A stretch of 64,000 bases of DNA. Origin: Gekko japonicus (lineage: Eukaryota). Of the stretch, positions 60,931-64,000 are shown piece by piece. Each line of letters opens with the position of its first letter. The stretch's first letter is position 1. The stretch is from assembly GCF_001447785.1 (NCBI RefSeq), contig NW_015163100.1:898534-962533 (forward strand), read 5' to 3'. The notes beneath the pieces are model-generated. The model did no database searches. It was not told the DNA's origin and saw nothing but the letters and a program-made list of their open reading frames with translations. The translations under genes were made by a program, and so were the position numbers.

Positions 60931-63861
60931 CCTCCCTCCCTCTGGTCTGGTTCAGACAAGCGGGTGGCAAAAGGGGCTTCCGGGCTTGCGGTGCTGCTCT
61001 TCTGCTTGCAGGGAGGTTTTAAAAACCACCACAGGGGCGTCTTCCAGAGCCTGGCCCCCTGCAGGGCAGTGTTCCCTCTAAGCTGAGTTGGTGTGAGCTC
61101 GCTCACTGTTCTATAGCCTCTGGCTCTCACATTTTTGCTCAGGAAGGATGGGGCTCCCGAGCACACTAATTTATGCAGCAGCCAAATCGCTCGCTCACCA
61201 CTTTAATGCCAGTAGGTCACAAGGCAGGATTTTTGCTCACTAGACTCTATACAGCTTAGAGGGATCATTGGTGCAGAAGAGCACCGAGCCTGCCTGGCCC
61301 TGCCCGGGGCTGCCTCCTCCTCCCCACGGCTGCGACCCGGAGCTCCCCGAGGGTGGTGGTGGATCTGGGACCCCCTCCCCACCTTGGGACCCCCTCCCCA
61401 GGCCTAACGCGGAAGGTGCTCTTCTCTTTCCCCAGGCGCCCAAGAAGAAGGCTGGAGAGAAGAAGGCTGGCGGCAAGAAGGGGAAAGCGAAAGGCTCCCC
61501 GGTGGTGGACGCCCTCCCCCCGGAGGGCATGAGCAAAGAGCAGGTGAGCCGGGGGGGGTGGGGTGGCGATGGCGGCTGAGCAGGGCGGCCTCCGAAGAGC
61601 CGTCCAAGCCTGGCCGACAGGAAGACTCCCAACCGAGGTTGTAAAAATGCTCCGCTGTTTTGCACCGATGATCCGTCTGTTGTCGAAGGGTTTCGCGGAC
61701 AGAGTTCATTAGTTGTTGCAGGTTTTCCGGGCTGTATGGCCGTGGTCTTGGCATTGTGGTACCTGACGTTTCGCCAGCAGCTGGTCACAGCTGCTGGCGA
61801 AACGTCAGGTACCATAATGCCAAGACCACGGCCATACAGCCCGGAAAACCTGCAACAACTGATTATCAGTCTGTTGCTGCAGCTAAGGTGGTGGTGGTGG
61901 GGGGGGAAGCCTGGCCTGAACTGTTTAGGAAGAGCCATCAAAAGGCCTCGCATCTCACCACTGCTTGTGGAATCTGCCTCTCCTGGCCTTTTGGACGGTT
62001 CATCCCGGGGCACTGATGCAGAAAGCTCTTGGCCCTAGGCTGATGGACACTGGTCCGTCTAGCCAAGGGCATCACGGAACAGTCCGGCCCTTGCTGCCCT
62101 CGTACCTGGCTTCCAGGCCTTCCTCCTTATCCTCAAGTGCTTCTGATAGGCCCTGCTTGGATGCTGTGGCTCTGGGCCGGAAGCAGGCAGAGCTAGAAGA
62201 CACCCTTCCTGCCTCCGCTCTGCCTTACTGCGTGTTATTCAAAAATGAGCTAGGCCTGCTCGTCATATGGCTAAAAGTACAGTTTGGAGAGTGGTTATTC
62301 CAGAGCATCGCAAGAAGGTTTTGTTTTTCTTCCAAAAACACTTTTGGGATATTCTTCTAGATGCTTTTAGTTGACAAGCACCTTGAATTGTTTCCAGAAA
62401 ATGTGTCAGCGTCAATGCGTTGTGGGATTGTTGTAGAAAAGGAAATACTTTTTTTAGACAATGAGCAATTCAAATGTGGAATTCTTTGCCAGAGAGGGTC
62501 GTGACGGCCACAGGCATAGACAACTTTACAGATGCATGGAGGAGAGGTCTGTCAGTGGCTGCTGGTGACTAAAGGGAACCTCCGTGTTCAGAGGCAGTAA
62601 ACCTCGGAATCCCAGAGCCAGGAGGCAACATCAGGGGAAGACCTCGGCCTCTGTCCTTGCCTGTTTGGTCCTCCAGGGCAGTTGGTTGACTGCTGTGTGA
62701 GGCAGGATGGTGGACTAGATGGATCATGGGTCTGACCCAGCAGGGGGATTCTTATGTTAATTAACTCATTCACCCACAACCAGCCCGCAGGGCAGCTGCA
62801 CCAGATGCCAGTTGAAAGTGTCAAGTGCAGCCCACATAGAGCGCATTACAGTTGTCTGGTCCAGAAGTTACCAAAGTCTGAACCGGTGAGGCCAGATGAG
62901 CAGATGCCAGAAGGTGAGAGGGCTTTTGATCCAGAGGTGATAGAAGGCGCCCTGGCATCCTTTCTGCAAGGAAGTTGTTGGCAGCGCATGCCAGGTCCCG
63001 GAAAAGGCCTTGGCGTGGATAGTGGGAGAAAGAGTCCTCCCATTCCGCCAATCGAACCGGCTTTGGCGAGTGGGAGCTTTCAGCCCGGCCTTCTGCTGAC
63101 CGCTCTCTTGGTTGGCCCTGCAGCTGGAGGACCACATCATGCGTCTCCGGGAGGAGCTGGACCGTGAGCGGGAGGAGCGCAACTACTTCCAGCTGGAGCG
63201 GGACAAGATCCACACCTTCTGGGAGATCACTCGGCGGCAGCTCGATGAGAAGAAGGCGGAGCTGCGCAACAAGGACCGGGAGATGGAGGAGGCCGAGGAG
63301 CGGCACCAAGTGGAGATCAAGGCAAGATGCTGGGTGGCGGCGGGTGGGCTCTCTCTGGCTGCGCTCTGAGGAGGGCACCTGTCCATCCCGCTGTAGACAG
63401 CCGGCTGTTCCTCTTCCCTCAGGTTTACAAGCAGAAAGTGAAGCATCTGCTGTACGAGCACCAGAACAACCTCACGGAGCTGAAGGCAGAGGGCACCGTG
63501 GCCATGAAGCTGGCCCAGAAGGACCACCGTTCCCAGGAGATGGACATGCGCAAGGACATGCGCACCCTGAAGGTGGAGCTGAAGGAGCAGGAGCTGGCCA
63601 ACGAGATGGTGCTCAAGAACCTGCGGCTGGTATGTCTCTGGCGAGGCGGGCGCTCCTGCTGCTACTCTGGGCCTGGGCCAGCTGCCGTGGGCGGCATCCG
63701 GAGCCACAGCTCTGTACGGGGAGCAGGCCAGCCTGGCTTCTGTTTGGGAGGACAGCCCAGTGCATTGATAGAGACCTGCTGCTGATGGGCCTCTTCTCCC
63801 TGGCAGAAACAACAAGAGGATATGACGGCTCTCCGCTCTGACTTTGAGAGACAAGTGAAAG
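60846..63861 (+). CDS. GAS8: Growth arrest-specific 8 / dynein regulatory complex subunit 4, 5' part: ATG 60846-60848, 61436-61543, 63124-63321, 63423-63629, 63807-63861 (continues beyond the window)
   Basis: M|[22 protein letters not shown]|[39 protein letters not shown]|[22 protein letters not shown]|KQQEDM..DFERQVK. Intron 3 is GC-AG. Confidence 0.95.
61678..61863. mobile_element. Penelope 3' end folded back into a ~150-bp palindrome
   Basis: Arms 61711-61783 and 61788-61860 with 1 mismatch; contains GGCGAAACGTCAGG..CCACGGCCATACAGCCCGGAAAACC, typical of lizard Penelope. Confidence 0.75.
62410..62757 (+). mobile_element. CR1 LINE 3' fragment
   Basis: Translation ..WNSLPERVV.. followed by a CR1 3'UTR ending TTCTTATGTT. 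Confidence 0.75.
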
Positions 63862-64000
63862 GTCAGTTCTGGGGTTTGCCGTCCCTGTTCAGTGAGGTGC
63901 TCTGAGGGCCCAGTAGCTTAGCCCCTCTCCCCCATTTTTGGAAAGTGTGGGTGTTTATAGTGAGTGTCCCTGTAACCGTGTCTGTCCAATACAGAGGTCT

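Overview
Vertebrate genomic DNA, most likely a squamate reptile (probably a gecko, judged from the SINE, CR1, hAT and Penelope repeats). Gene order is TUBB3(+), DEF8(+), AFG3L1(+), DBNDD1(-), GAS8/DRC4(+, runs off the window), which matches human 16q24.3. TUBB3, DEF8, DBNDD1 and GAS8 give clean spliced ORFs; the first coding exons of TUBB3 and probably DBNDD1 fall in N gaps. The main oddity is AFG3L1 (m-AAA protease subunit). Most of its exons and splice sites are intact, but it has a frameshifting 50-bp duplication in exon 5, no Walker-B exon (exon 10), two full copies plus one partial copy of exon 11, no recognisable exons 3-4, and a SINE inserted exactly at the exon-2 acceptor. It looks like a recently disabled or splice-remodelled gene, paralleling human AFG3L1P. 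Other notable structures: a homogenised 10-unit tandem array of tRNA-derived SINE heads (142-bp period) in a DBNDD1 intron, a 172-bp near-perfect palindrome and an RE1/NRSE in TUBB3 intron 1, fold-back Penelope remnants, and a GC-AG intron in GAS8. N gaps preserve the expected exon length, suggesting a reference-guided or consensus assembly, so the structural claims need read-level confirmation.
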